From NCBI GenBank assembly GCA_019637115.1, contig JAHBWH010000190.1:1-16589 (forward strand): a stretch of DNA of 16,589 nucleotides, in the 5' to 3' direction. This document shows positions 8,201-15,352 of this stretch, in pieces (the first letter of the stretch is position 1; each line of letters starts with the position of its first letter). The notes below the pieces were generated by a model. That model was not told where the DNA came from, did no database searches, and saw only the letters and a list, made by a program, of their open reading frames with translations. The position numbers and the translations under genes were made by a program. This DNA comes from Myxococcales bacterium. GTDB taxonomy: Bacteria; Myxococcota_A; Polyangia; Polyangiales; Houyiibacteriaceae.

Positions 8201-10671
8201 CGACGCCGCGCGCGCTCGCCTGCCTCTTCTGGGCGCACGCGCCGTCGCCGATGGACGTCGCGCGAGGCGCGTCCACCCTCGACTCGCGCCCGCGGGGCGC
8301 CCCCGACGACGGGATGAAGACGGATGCCGCGCGGGGCATCCGGATCGATCGCGACGCGCTCCACCGGCGCGCGCGGAGCCTCGGTCGCCTGCGCCACGCC
8401 TTCGGGCACACCGACGAGCTCGCGGCCTTCGGACAGGAGCTCGCGGCCCACATCCGCTCTTTCCACACCGCGCACGGCATCCCGTGCACCGAGGGCGAAG
8501 CGCGCCTCGCGGGGCGCTATCTCGTCGAGGAGCTGATGGTCGAGCGGCCCCGCTTCGCGACCAGCGCGGACGCCACGCAGCTCCGTGACGCGCTGCTCCG
8601 CCGCCTCGACCTCGACGGCACGCGCCGCGCGTTCGAGGAGGACCTCGAGGCGAGCGGCGGCGGCCTGCGCGCGCGCCTCGCGCTCGTCCACGCCTGGCTC
8701 GACGCCTTCGTGCGGCGCAGCGACCGCGACGCCGCGAGCCCGGTCACGAGCGCGGCTAGGGGCCCGGTCGCGAGCCACGGCGTCGCCCACCTCGCTCACG
8801 CGAGCTTCGAGGCCGCCGCGCTCCTGCTCACGCCCAGCCTCGACCGCGAGCCCTCCAGCGCGCTCACGCGCGCCGAGGTGGAGGGTCTGCTCGGCCAGCA
8901 CCCGCGCATTCAGGGTCGGACGATGTCGCTGCGCCTCGACGAGACGCTGGAGCGCCTCAGCGAGTTCGTCCACCACCGCGTGCCCGGCTACCGCAGCTAC
9001 CGTGAGGTGCGCCACGGCTTCCTGGAACGCCAGCGCGTCCGGCTGCGGCTCGACGAGTACAAGCCGCAGGTGATGAGCGCCTTCGTGCGCAACCGGCTCA
9101 TCAACGAGGTCTACCTGCCGATCATCGGAGACAACCTCGCCAAGCAGCTCGGCGCGGCGGGGGCGGGCCGGCGGACGGATCTCATGGGCCTCCTCCTGCT
9201 CGTCTCACCGCCCGGCTACGGCAAGACGACGCTGATGGAGTACGTGGCCAACCGACTCGGGATGGTCTTCATGAAGGTGAACGGCCCGAGCCTCGGGCAC
9301 TCGGTCACCTCGCTCGACCCGGAGGAGGCGCCCAACGCCACGGCGCGGCAGGAGGTGGAGAAGATCAACCTCGCCTTCGAGATGGCGCAGAACGTGATGC
9401 TCTACCTCGACGACATCCAGCACACGCACCCGGAGCTCCTGCAAAAGTTCATCTCGCTCTGCGACGGCACGCGGCGGGTCGAGGGCGTCTGGAAGGGGCG
9501 CACGCGCACCTACGATCTGCGCGGCAAGAAGTTCTGCGTCGTGATGGCGGGCAACCCGTACACGGAGAGCGGCGAGAAGTTCCAGATCCCCGACATGCTC
9601 GCGAACCGCGCCGACACGTACAACCTCGGCGACATCCTCGAAGGGCGCGAGGAGGTCTTCGCGCTCAGCTACATCGAGAACGCGCTCACCTCGAGCCCCG
9701 CGCTCGCGCCGCTCGCGACGCGCGACCAAGGCGACGTCTACAAGGTCGTGCGCATGGCCAAGGGCGAAGAGGTGGCGACGAGCGAGCTCTCGTACGGCTA
9801 CGCCGCGGGCGAGCTCGAGGAGATGAAGACGGTCCTGCGCCACCTCTTCCGGGTGCAGGACGTGCTGCTGCGCGTGAACGCCGAGTACATCCGGAGCGCG
9901 TCGCAGGCCGACGCCTTTCGCACCGAGCCCCCCTTCAAGCTGCAGGGCAGCTACCGCAACATGAACAAGCTCGCCGAGAAGGTCGTCGCGGCGATGAACG
10001 ACGACGAGGTCGAGCGGCTCGTCGACGACCACTATCTCGGCGAGTCGCAGACGCTCACGACCGGCGCGGAGCAGAACCTGCTCAAGCTCGCGGACCTCCG
10101 CGGTCGACTCGCCCCCGAGCAGGCGGAGCGCTGGACGCAGATCAAGCGCGAGTTCGTCCGTCTACGCTCGCAGGGCGGCGGCGACGACGACCCGGTCACC
10201 CGGCTGACGGGGACGCTCTCGGGCCTGGGCCGCGAGCTCGAGTCGATCCGCGACACGATCCTCACGGCGGCCGAGCGCGCGGCGGCGGCGCGCGCCGCGA
10301 GCGAGCTCGCGGCCGAACGCAGCGCCGTCGACCGCGCGCGCGCGACCCACGACACGAACGGCGACGCCTTGCTCGCGGCGCTGGGCCCGAAGCTCGACCA
10401 GCTCGGCGAGGCCCTGGCGCGCCTCGCGAGCCCGAAGGTCGAGGTCAAGCTCGAGGCCCCCTCGCCGGGCCCCCTCACCAGCCGAGAGCTCGGGGCGACC
10501 GCCGATCAGCTCGCGGCGCAGGCAGAGCTCTTCGAGCGCACGCTCCTCCCCATGGTCCAGAGCACCACCCGGAACCTGGACGACACGAAGTCGCTGCACG
10601 ACCACATCATCCAGCTCCTCGACCTCGTGCGACGCATGGACACGAAGTTGCGAGAGACCTACGGCCTCTGA
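5206..10671 (+). CDS. giant (1821 aa) uncharacterised protein with a single C-terminal-proximal AAA+ ATPase module of the MoxR/AAA_5 (dynein-related) class
   Basis: This is an uninterrupted 5.47-kb ORF with high GC3. It starts at an ATG with AGAGGA 12 nt upstream. Walker A LLLVSPPGYGKTTLMEY is encoded at 9214-9231, Walker B NVMLYLDDIQH at about 9400-9414, and sensor-1 FCVVMAGNPY after it (LDDIxx...LxxLxD....R......FxxxxxxNP spacing as in AAA_5). The N-terminal 430 aa or so are beta-rich, the middle roughly 900 aa are alpha-helical and acidic, and the C-terminal 320 aa or so form a helical tail. Beyond the AAA+ module I recognise no homologue. Confidence 0.85.
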   Translation: MADDSETETALEGGNYEVVRARLVAQAKELGARIDRLNERRREVFGGTELEVVANERVRTENNCVPRDIVNVGGQLLFGYNVFLGLKKETTVGDILSVHRFAETADGYDLGEVPALEVDFLADEGFRKELTTLYSYFKEARLLQLRKTDTRLLAVFQIGASTSEIRVFRWRIDPSGRVTFMDARGEGDHVFPKAYDFEWVPVTRNDQVQGRYPHLSILDEIFVETTGGDLTIKVENNTETGRGIYAEPVDDPNQALDDAQVRYAKVGSLILLEILPFREQRKRYFVYNGRIQRVTRIDAIGTACRSLPEDQGILFPGGFYLETGEQKIFDEDVAGLELKRVIQSPNGEDMLYVFHRRDEGLYQLLPYNVIRKELQTPIRAHGFSLFDDGKMVVFRATEEPTRVHPMQIWRTPFTSAEYAAKAPTNGSFLAKVGNADLVRGVSDCFTIRRLIERAEPSRANYEVLIKTITRTLDAYYWLGHEEVGALDASLTELRRTAELIVDEFEKLLALRQRAAAELDVAKAKQAEILANVRAAELSSVEGFMRALTQLRHQRGALITLKEVRYVDLEAADALEAEIVEQFDRVSRACVSFLLGDDALVPIRGRLEAILARVDECRTVAEMAPLGAELDETGEGLDVISEIVQGLDVDDATARTQILEGISEVYALLNRVRASAVARRRELASQEGRAEFGAQFKLLAQAVSSGLALAETPERCDEQLSRLMVQLEELEARFSELDEFTADLAVKREEIYEAFSTKKQALLDARQRRAEGLMDAASRILEGVGRRARTFKAPDELHAYFASDPMVTKLRQIGAQLRELGDSVKSDEVDARMKSARQDALRALRDQVDLFEEGDLIRLGKHRFSVNTQPLELTMVPRGDRMAIHLTGTDFYELVDDPELEATRPYWSQELVSETPTVYRAEYLATGILFDAEENRDGLTIEALHEAQRTEGGLAEVVRRVASTRYDEGYDRGVHDADATLILEKLLTLRDSAGLLRYAATPRALACLFWAHAPSPMDVARGASTLDSRPRGAPDDGMKTDAARGIRIDRDALHRRARSLGRLRHAFGHTDELAAFGQELAAHIRSFHTAHGIPCTEGEARLAGRYLVEELMVERPRFATSADATQLRDALLRRLDLDGTRRAFEEDLEASGGGLRARLALVHAWLDAFVRRSDRDAASPVTSAARGPVASHGVAHLAHASFEAAALLLTPSLDREPSSALTRAEVEGLLGQHPRIQGRTMSLRLDETLERLSEFVHHRVPGYRSYREVRHGFLERQRVRLRLDEYKPQVMSAFVRNRLINEVYLPIIGDNLAKQLGAAGAGRRTDLMGLLLLVSPPGYGKTTLMEYVANRLGMVFMKVNGPSLGHSVTSLDPEEAPNATARQEVEKINLAFEMAQNVMLYLDDIQHTHPELLQKFISLCDGTRRVEGVWKGRTRTYDLRGKKFCVVMAGNPYTESGEKFQIPDMLANRADTYNLGDILEGREEVFALSYIENALTSSPALAPLATRDQGDVYKVVRMAKGEEVATSELSYGYAAGELEEMKTVLRHLFRVQDVLLRVNAEYIRSASQADAFRTEPPFKLQGSYRNMNKLAEKVVAAMNDDEVERLVDDHYLGESQTLTTGAEQNLLKLADLRGRLAPEQAERWTQIKREFVRLRSQGGGDDDPVTRLTGTLSGLGRELESIRDTILTAAERAAAARAASELAAERSAVDRARATHDTNGDALLAALGPKLDQLGEALARLASPKVEVKLEAPSPGPLTSRELGATADQLAAQAELFERTLLPMVQSTTRNLDDTKSLHDHIIQLLDLVRRMDTKLRETYGL

Positions 10672-10872
10672 GCGCCACCAGCTCTGCCGCGCCATCTGAG
10701 CGCTCCCGCTCCGACACCTCATCGGCAGGGTGCGCGGGCCATCGACGCACATCGACGCACATTGGGGGCTCGGCGTCAGAGTCATCGTGATCGACACAGC
10801 GGCGCGCCAGCCCGAGCGACGATTGACACACCGTGGCACGACGAAGGTGCTCGCTGGGACGGAACGGCTCGC

Positions 10873-10891
10873 CCTCGTCTGGGTGACGAGG
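10873..10891. terminator. 7-bp stem hairpin CCTCGTC-tgggt-GACGAGG in the convergent intergenic region
   Basis: Perfect inverted repeat between the convergent giant-ATPase gene (end 10671) and the E2-like gene (end 10928). It could serve either transcript. Confidence 0.3.
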
Positions 10892-10927
10892 CGACGCCGC
10901 CGCAACGCCTGAGCCCTCTCCGGACGC

Positions 10928-11773
10928 TCAATCCCCACGGCGCCCGTCGCCGCCCCCACGCGGTGGAGCCTGCGCCGAGGCCCGCGCGATGTCGTCGTCG
11001 AGCCCCTCGGCCGCGGCCACCCGTCGCGCGAGCTCACCGACGAAACGTGCGAGCGGTCCTCCGTCGACGATCGCGTGGTTCGCGCTCACGGTGACGCAGA
11101 GCACCTCGCGGGGCGCGGTATCGTTGGGGTCGGTCGACGCCCGAGTCGTCGTCCCCCCGACGATCACGGAGAGATCGTGCAGGCCAGGCGCGCTCAGCCC
11201 ATAGCCCGCGCCCGAGCCGAACATGCCGACCGCCGACACGAGGGCCGAGCCGGTGTGTCGCTGCGCGAGCTCCGGCGCGGCGAGCAGCGCGCGATACGAA
11301 GCCCGCCGAACGACGCTCGGCAGCGCGAGGAGCGCGCGCGTCGCGCGGCGCTTCGCGGGCGAGGTGGTGCGCATGCCTCGCTCCCGCACCGAGCGCAGCT
11401 CGTCGTGCAGCGCGCGCGGCCCGCGACGGTCGATCCCACGGAGGACGTGGGCGTACGGGAACGAGCGCCCTTCGTGCTCGACCTCGACGATCGTCGTCAC
11501 GTCCACCTCGTCGAAGAGCACGAGCCGCCCCCGCCAATCTCGCCGGGCGTGGACCTCGGGGTGATGTGCGAGCGCGCCCCCGAGCGCGTGCAGGAAGAAC
11601 GCGGTCAGCGACGGTGACCCCCCGTCGCGCTCGCGCTGGGCTCGCAGCCTCCGGTGCGCGAGCGTCACGTCGAGCTCCACGAGGCCGTGCATCATCGGCT
11701 TGCCGCGGCCGAGGTGGAGCGTGTCGAGCACCAAGCGTCGCTCCGGCGGGAAGGGAACACGTCGCGCAGACAT
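10928..11773 (-). CDS. stand-alone 2-oxoacid dehydrogenase E2-type acyltransferase catalytic domain protein (no lipoyl domain)
   Basis: RVPFPPERRLVLDTLHLGRGKPMMHGLVELDVT matches the start of E2 catalytic domains (PLS..RR.IA..M...PH.T...EVDVT). The C-terminal TVSANHAIVDGGPLARFVGEL corresponds to the catalytic S-x-DH-R-x-x-DG segment, with His and the DG Asp retained. The start is set at the ATG at 11773; the longer 448-aa ORF upstream is only a read-through of the palindromic repeat array (poly-RA/SP translation). Confidence 0.7.
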   Translation of the reverse strand: MSARRVPFPPERRLVLDTLHLGRGKPMMHGLVELDVTLAHRRLRAQRERDGGSPSLTAFFLHALGGALAHHPEVHARRDWRGRLVLFDEVDVTTIVEVEHEGRSFPYAHVLRGIDRRGPRALHDELRSVRERGMRTTSPAKRRATRALLALPSVVRRASYRALLAAPELAQRHTGSALVSAVGMFGSGAGYGLSAPGLHDLSVIVGGTTTRASTDPNDTAPREVLCVTVSANHAIVDGGPLARFVGELARRVAAAEGLDDDIARASAQAPPRGGGDGRRGD

Positions 11774-11804
11774 GCGCGGAGCATAGCTCCGTGCAGAGCG
11801 CGGC

Positions 11805-12040
11805 GGGCTCGCACGCGAGAGCGGGCTCGCTCGCGAGCGCGGGCTCGCACGCGAGGCACACCGGGCTCGCACGCGAAGCGCAGCGGGCTGCACGCGAGGG
11901 CGGGCTCGCAAGCGAGCGCGGGCTCGCAAGCGAGCGCGGGCTCGCAAGCGAGCGCGGGCTCGCTCGCGACGTGCAGCGGGCTCGCAAGCGAGCGCGGGCT
12001 CGCGCGCGAAGCGCAGCGGGCTCGCACGCGACGTGCAGCC
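11805..12040. repeat. tandem array of about 12 imperfect palindromic units (18-bp GGGCTCGC-NN-GCGAGCGC and 22-bp variants ending GYGCAGC)
   Basis: The units are read directly from the sequence: gggctcgcacgcgagagc, gggctcgctcgcgagcgc, gggctcgcacgcgaggcacacc, gggctcgcacgcgaagcgcagc, gggctgcacgcgagggc, three identical gggctcgcaagcgagcgc, gggctcgctcgcgacgtgcagc, gggctcgcaagcgagcgc, gggctcgcgcgcgaagcgcagc, gggctcgcacgcgacgtgcagcc. Each unit carries a 5-6 bp inverted repeat (CTCGC/GCGAG) around a variable 2-bp centre. The array has no spacers and sits between divergent genes. Confidence 0.85.
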
Positions 12041-12306
12041 GATCGGCCGCGCGCGGGACGCGGATCCGCGTCGACGCGCACCGGACGAGCGACAACGCGC
12101 GTATGCGTCGGGGAATGCGCGCTCGAGCGGCGCGCGACCCGCCGCGGGCACGCGCCGTGCTTCACGCGGGGCGTGCCGTGGGGGGCGCGGAGGCGTGCCG
12201 CCACGGCGAGCGTAGGGCCACGTGGTGGCTCTGGGTGTGGTGGCGTCGTGTCGCGGGCCGCGAGCGGCGGCCACACGCCCTCATCTCGGCGGAGGAAGAA
12301 GAGAGT

Positions 12307-13803
12307 ATGTGGAAGAGACATCCGTTCTCATGGAATCGATCAGCGACGCTGTTGGTGGCTTCGCTCGCGCAGGCTTGCATGATGTCGCCGACGGACGGGA
12401 CCGAGCTCGCGTCGACATCGTCGGCTGTTTCGTTCAGCGGCTACGCCACCAGCGCGTCTCAAGAGGTGCAGGTCGAAGCCTTCAACCCCTCGACGCGCGC
12501 CTGGGTCGCGATCGCGTCCCCCGTCCCTGCCAGTGGCGCCACGCAGACCCTTTGGGGATCGCAGTGGCACGGCTGGAGCCTCAACCGCGCGATCCCGAGC
12601 GTCTACTGGACCCCCGGCGCGGCCGGCGCCAGCGCGCGAGTCCGCGCTCGCCTCACGACGGGGAACACCGTGGTCTCCGGACATGAAGATGCGTGGACGT
12701 GCCTCGCGCAGTCCGGCAGCAGCGCCGACTTCGTCGAGCGCTGCACGGTGCCGGAGACGACGATCTGTACGAGCAACTTCCTGCCGTTCTCGGCGCGGCG
12801 CAGCCCTTGCCCGCCGCGCTCGCTCCGCTTCACGCCGACCTCGGGCGCGCGCACCTACGTGCGCCTCCCCGACGCGACGACCACGGGCGTGATCCCGACC
12901 GCCACCCGGACGATCGAGTGGCGCGGTGACGCGGCCAGCTTCGTGGATCTCTTCGACGCGATCCCGGGCCCGGAGGGGTTCTCGCGAGGCGGCGTCAACG
13001 TGGTCCGCGTCCGCTATCCGAGCGACCGGAACGTGGACGCTCACGTGAGGGTCGACCCGGTCGCGCTCTCCGCCAGCGTACCCCGGCCGATCCCTCCGGG
13101 GTTCGGCGCCGCGCGCACGTATCGCCAATACGACGTCGGCGAGTGCTCGCTGTTCATGGGGTGGCGCAACCTGCTCACCGACTCCATCGCGCCCGCGCTC
13201 GAGGAGAGCCTCCGGGGGATCGTGCTCCCCGAGATCGGGGCCGTGGACGTGTATCCGCTCTCGCGCCTCGAGCTCTTCCCGGTGCTGCGGTCGGACGGCC
13301 AAGACGCCGTCCGCTTCGCCGGCCGCTTCAACCTCGTCTCGCACTCGCTGGGAGACCTGGGCAACGCGCTGATCGCCATCAACGTGCGGATCACGGCTCG
13401 TGGGGGTCGGATCACCGCGACCGTGGAGCCCGACGCGAGCAACGTCGTCTACGACCCGCAGGGCTTCGGCGCGCTCGGGATCGCGTTCGGAGTGCGGACC
13501 CGTGAGCAAGTGGAGACACGCATCCGGACGCGGATCGCAGCCGAGATCCCGAACAGGCTCACCGCCCTGCTGCCGGCGCAAGCCGCTCTCGTCGCCATCG
13601 ATCGCGTCGACGTTCGCGTGGACGGCATGAACGTCGTGCTCGCCGAGACGCGTCAGGACACTCAGTATGACCTGCTGCGCCTCGCCGGCCTCTGCAACCG
13701 GCCGGCGATTCTCCCCGGCGGCAACGAGGCGGGGATCCTCTTCTCCTACTTCGATCCGCCTTCGCCGGGTGACCCTCGTCCGCTCGGCGAGACGAGGCCC
13801 TGA
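12307..13803 (+). CDS. secreted hypothetical protein (499 aa) with a cleavable signal peptide
   Basis: It has an ATG with GGAGGAAGAAGAG upstream. The N-terminus MWKRHPFSWNRSATLLVASLAQA|CMMS has a basic n-region, a hydrophobic core and an AQA signal peptidase I site. There are eight Cys in the mature protein. I recognise no domain. The longer ORF-track version starting at 11566 reads through the repeat array and is rejected. Confidence 0.7.
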   Translation: MWKRHPFSWNRSATLLVASLAQACMMSPTDGTELASTSSAVSFSGYATSASQEVQVEAFNPSTRAWVAIASPVPASGATQTLWGSQWHGWSLNRAIPSVYWTPGAAGASARVRARLTTGNTVVSGHEDAWTCLAQSGSSADFVERCTVPETTICTSNFLPFSARRSPCPPRSLRFTPTSGARTYVRLPDATTTGVIPTATRTIEWRGDAASFVDLFDAIPGPEGFSRGGVNVVRVRYPSDRNVDAHVRVDPVALSASVPRPIPPGFGAARTYRQYDVGECSLFMGWRNLLTDSIAPALEESLRGIVLPEIGAVDVYPLSRLELFPVLRSDGQDAVRFAGRFNLVSHSLGDLGNALIAINVRITARGGRITATVEPDASNVVYDPQGFGALGIAFGVRTREQVETRIRTRIAAEIPNRLTALLPAQAALVAIDRVDVRVDGMNVVLAETRQDTQYDLLRLAGLCNRPAILPGGNEAGILFSYFDPPSPGDPRPLGETRP

Positions 13804-13838
13804 TCGGCGCGGCTCCGAGGAGCGACAGAGGCGCGCGT

Positions 13839-13867
13839 CGGCCCGAGCGCCGGCGCGCGTCGGGCCG
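13839..13867 (+). terminator. 8-bp stem GC hairpin (CGGCCCGA...TCGGGCCG) 36 nt after the stop of the secreted-protein gene
   Basis: Inverted repeat with a 13-nt GC-palindromic loop and no U-tract. Confidence 0.35.
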
Positions 13868-14005
13868 CGTCGAGGGCGTGAGCCCCTTCCGGCGCCGCGC
13901 GACCACGTGAGTCGCGCGACGCCGGGGCGAACCCGGGCGAGCGAGGCGGGCGCTCCGCCCCGAGCGAGTCGCGCCGCTCGGCCCCGATTCGGGTAGGCTC
14001 GCCCG

Positions 14006-14599
14006 GTGCACGCGCGCGTCGCTCCTGCGAGCCCCACCCACGATCTGAAGCTGAGCTTCATCGGCACGCACGGCGTCGGCAAGACGACCCTCTGCTACGG
14101 CCTCGCCGCCCGCCTCAAGGCCCAGGACGTCGTCCTCGACATCGTCCACGAGGTCGCCCGGCGTTGCCCGCTCCCCATCAACGAGTCGACGAGCCTCGCG
14201 GCCCAGTCCTGGATCCTCCACACCCAGATCGCCGACGAGCTCGTCGCGTGCTCACGGCACCCGGTCGTCGTCTGCGACCGGAGCGTGCTCGACAACTACG
14301 TCTACCTGCTCCTCTCCGGCCGCGCGGGCGCGGGCCTCGAAGCGCTCGTGACGAGCTGGCTGCCGAGCTACGCGCTGCTCGTCTACGTGCCGATCGTCGA
14401 CGCGCCGCGCGCCGACGGGCTCCGCTCGACGGACCCGGAGTTCCAGCGCGCGGTCGATCAGCGGCTGCGCCGAGAGCTCGAGCGACGAGGCGTCGCCCCG
14501 CTCGTGCTCGATCCGCTCGCCCGCGAGGCGTGGCTCGACGTGGTCGAGGCAGCCGTGCTCGCGCGCATCGCCTCGCCGCAGCTTCCGCTGCTCGGATAG
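14006..14599 (+). CDS. small P-loop NTPase (AAA_28/NadR-kinase-like predicted ATPase or nucleotide kinase)
   Basis: Walker A FIGTHGVGKTTLCYGL lies right at the N-terminus. A hydrophobic strand ending in Asp (PVVVCDRS) is a Walker-B-like element. The roughly 190 aa size and layout resemble AAA_28 kinase-like proteins. The start is a GTG at 14006. Confidence 0.6.
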   Translation: MHARVAPASPTHDLKLSFIGTHGVGKTTLCYGLAARLKAQDVVLDIVHEVARRCPLPINESTSLAAQSWILHTQIADELVACSRHPVVVCDRSVLDNYVYLLLSGRAGAGLEALVTSWLPSYALLVYVPIVDAPRADGLRSTDPEFQRAVDQRLRRELERRGVAPLVLDPLAREAWLDVVEAAVLARIASPQLPLLG

Positions 14600-14607
14600 G
14601 CGCGCGA

Positions 14608-14624
14608 GCCGTCGAGGACGGCTT
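14608..14624 (+). terminator. 7-bp stem hairpin AGCCGTC-gag-GACGGCT immediately after the P-loop gene
   Basis: Perfect inverted repeat 9 nt after the stop at 14599, followed by T-containing CTTCCCCAT. Confidence 0.35.
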
Positions 14625-14688
14625 CCCCATCGGCGCCGCGCGGTAGTACGGTCGGCGTGGCGGCCCTTCGGGCGCGCGGAGGTCGGAC

Positions 14689-15318
14689 GTGACGAGAGCC
14701 CCCAAACCCCCTGTCGTCGGGTGCCCCGTGCTGCGAGCGCTGTTGATGCGTCACGCAGAGATCTTCGGCTCGGATCAGGAGCTCGAGCCCGTCATCGTCG
14801 AAGCGCTCCGAGCATCGCATCGTGACGACAAGAAGGAGGCGAAGGCGCTCGCGGAGCTGCACGTCGAGCGCGCGCTCTCGTTCAACCGGGCCCGCCTCGC
14901 TGCCTTGCTCCAGCGATTGCCGAGCTACGAGGCGGACGCCGCCGCGATCCGCGCGATCGCCCCTCGCCCCACGCCGAAGACCTCGAAGAGCTGGGGCGAG
15001 GAGCTCTACGCAGTCGGCGCGCGCCTGATGGAGGCCGAGCTCGCCGCGCGACCCGAGCCGGAGCCCGCCCTCGAGCGTGAGGCCGCGGCGGCCGGGCGAG
15101 CGTGGATCGGTGTCACGGTCTGGCCGGCAGAGCTGAAGGGGATCCGTTGGTGGGGAGAGGCGACGGACCTCGGCTCCGCGTGCCAAACGGCGGCCGAGAC
15201 CGCAGGTCGGCTCGACGCGTGGCTCGCGTGGCCCGATGAGGCAGCCGCAGCGGCTCGGGTCGCATCGCTGAAGCCGCCGTCGTTCGAGGCGTACCTCGGC
15301 GCACTCGAGGGGCGCTGA
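14689..15318 (+). CDS. hypothetical protein (about 209 aa, helical, Ala/Glu/Arg-rich)
   Basis: It is an ORF with coding-like GC3 bias. A GTG start at 14689 has GGAGG 9 nt upstream; an alternative ATG lies at 14746 (MRHAEIF). I recognise no motifs. The overlapping antisense ORF 14458..15186 is judged spurious. Confidence 0.5.
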   Translation: MTRAPKPPVVGCPVLRALLMRHAEIFGSDQELEPVIVEALRASHRDDKKEAKALAELHVERALSFNRARLAALLQRLPSYEADAAAIRAIAPRPTPKTSKSWGEELYAVGARLMEAELAARPEPEPALEREAAAAGRAWIGVTVWPAELKGIRWWGEATDLGSACQTAAETAGRLDAWLAWPDEAAAAARVASLKPPSFEAYLGALEGR

Positions 15319-15352
15319 AGCGCGACCGCCGACGCGAGCTGCCAGCCCGTGG

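Noticed and set aside
6235-9015. 926-aa ORF on the minus strand, entirely antisense to the giant ATPase gene. The same applies to the 842-aa ORF 2606..5134 antisense to the flotillin gene, and to 4789..5847, 9205..10032 and 10162..11037.
   Set aside because: Long stop-free antisense frames are expected in roughly 70% GC DNA. Their translations are Arg/Ala/Leu low-complexity with no motifs, while the sense-strand products have clear domain signatures.
11805-12040. Possible CRISPR array
   Set aside because: The units are 18-22 bp and directly abut each other with no unique spacers. CRISPR repeats are 28-37 bp separated by similar-sized spacers, and no cas genes are present.
11566-12306. N-terminal 247-aa extension of the secreted-protein ORF (ORF track 11566..13803). 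The same applies to the 448-aa version of the E2-like ORF (10928..12274) and ORF 11034..12095.
   Set aside because: These frames merely read through the palindromic tandem repeat array, giving poly-RA/SP/GS strings. Genuine starts with an RBS and signal peptide (12307) and the E2 domain boundary (11773) lie downstream of, or outside, the array.
14458-15186. 242-aa minus-strand ORF overlapping the hypothetical gene 14689..15318
   Set aside because: Its translation is Arg/Ser/Gly-rich low complexity. The plus-strand frame has more protein-like composition and a GGAGG-GTG start, though neither has homology support.
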